Source of the DNA: Paraspadella gotoi
Lineage: Eukaryota > Animalia > Chaetognatha
Direction: 5' to 3'
Assembly (NCBI GenBank): GCA_051294375.1
Contig: JBJCIZ010000824.1
Location: 19,435-83,434 of the forward strand
DNA length: 64,000 bases
Shown: positions 62,577 through 64,000 of the stretch, piece after piece
How the letters are laid out: each line of letters begins with the position of its first letter
How positions within the stretch are numbered: the first letter of the stretch is position 1
The notes under the pieces: model-generated
Seen by the model: only the letters and a program-made list of their open reading frames with translations
Told to the model about the DNA's origin: nothing
Databases searched by the model: none
Program-made: the position numbers and the translations under genes

Positions 62577-64000
62577 TCGCTGACTCTCTCTCTCGTCCCA
62601 ACGTCGAAACGAATCCCGATCCTCTTCCTTCTCCCTCTTCTCCCCCACCTTCCCCCACTCCCCAACCTCTTTTCCCTACTTTCTCCGCCCCCATTCCTTC
62701 TCCCGCTCCCATAGTGGCGACCATCGACAAGGATCTGCCCGCGGAGAAACAAGAAAACTTCAGTCAACTCGCCTTCTCAATTCTGCAACATGGCGTCGAC
62801 CTCGAAAAAATGGCCGTCGATCAACCTCTCGACGCGGACTATCGACGCATCACAAGCGACGCCACTTCGAGCCTTCGATTCCGCAAAATCCCCATCGGCG
62901 AGACTTCAATCACAGTCGACGTCAGTAACGGCCCTCCACGTCCCTTCGTCCCGTTTTCCTGGCGTCGACAAGTTTTCGAGACCGTCCACAATCTCGGCCA
63001 CCCCGGAGTTGAGCGAACTCGTCAATCAGTAGCCGAGAAATTCGTCTGGCCCTCAATGAGAGCCGACGTGTCGAGATGGGCTCGAGAGTGTCAAGATTGC
63101 CAGCGAGCCAAGGTAACCCGTCATACAGTGCCCGAGATCGGCACCTTCGAGTTGCCAGACAAACGCTTCANNNNNNNNNNNNNNNNNNNNNNNNNNNNNN
63201 NNNNNNNNNNNNNNNNNNNNNNNNNNNNNNNNNNNNNNNNNNNNNNNNNNNNNNNNNNNNNNNNNNNNNNNNNNNNNNNNNNNNNNNNNNNNNNNNNNNN
63301 NNNNNNNNNNNNNNNNNNNNNNNNNNNNNNNNNNNNNNNNNNNNNNNNNNNNNNNNNNNNNNNNNNNNNNNNNNNNNNNNNNNNNNNNNNNNNNNNNNNN
63401 NNNNNNNNNNNNNNNNNNNNNNNNNNNNNNNNNNNNNNNNNNNNNNNNNNNNNNNNNNNNNNNNNNNNNNNNNNNNNNNNNNNNNNNNNNCCGACGCCTT
63501 CGTACATGGCTGGATAGCCTCATTCGGGGTCCCAGCGACCGTGACTACAGATCGAGGAGCTCAATTTTTATCATCAACCTGGAAACAACTTCTAACATCN
63601 NNNNNNNNNNNNNNNNNNNNNNNNNNNNNNNNNNNNNNNNNNNNNNNNNNNNNNNNNNNNNNNNNNNNNNNNNNNNNNNNNNNNNNNNNNNNNNNNNNNN
63701 NNNNNNNNNNNNNNNNNNNNNNNNNNNNNNNNNNNNNNNNNNNNNNNNNNNNNNNNNNNNNNNNNNNNNNNNNNNNNNNNNNNNNNNNNNNNNNNNNNNN
63801 NNNNNNNNNNNNNNNNNNNNNNNNNNNNNNNNNNNNNNNNNNNNNNNNNNNNNNNNNNNNNNNNNNNNNNNNNNNNNNNNNNNNNNGCACCCTCCTCGCG
63901 ATCCGCACAACTCTAAAACCAGATGTTGGCGCATCCCCAGCCGATTTAGTCTACGGAGAGGCCATAGCAGTCCCCGGAGACCTTCTCCAGACCCAAACCG
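62577..64000 (+). mobile_element. Family B, further copy (RH-IN linker and integrase, gapped)
   Basis: Near-identical to 54113-55198. Confidence 0.92.

Overview
Repeat-dense, gappy eukaryotic (probably invertebrate animal; TTAGGG-type telomere motif) scaffold, with several stretches that look like error-rich long-read fill. It consists almost entirely of nested transposons. (1) Two copies of a divergent Ty3/Gypsy family 'A' (minus strand ~1-6674; plus strand 28600-43908, interrupted). Downstream of integrase, where env would sit, this family carries an SGNH/GDSL esterase-like ORF with all four catalytic blocks and an apparent splice acceptor. (2) A 5'-truncated BEL/Pao element. (3) Three subfamilies of CsRn1-clade Gypsy elements (CHCC Gag, tRNA-Trp PBS). 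One occurs as co-oriented, partly head-to-tail copies interleaved with TTAGGG-containing satellite and a ~2 kb degenerate (CCCTAA)n array. (4) A Penelope-like RT/GIY-YIG fragment with a nearby hammerhead ribozyme motif. (5) An LTR-like element with a ~53-nt antisense tRNA-Lys copy as PBS, whose distal half lies in an inverted 6.6 kb block. (6) Helentron/DINE-1-type non-autonomous elements, MITE-like inverted repeats and microsatellites. The only clear host-like coding piece is a Cys-rich exon at 16213-16859. The best candidate for an undescribed system is the SGNH-bearing Gypsy family. All calls come from reading motifs by eye; no searches were run.
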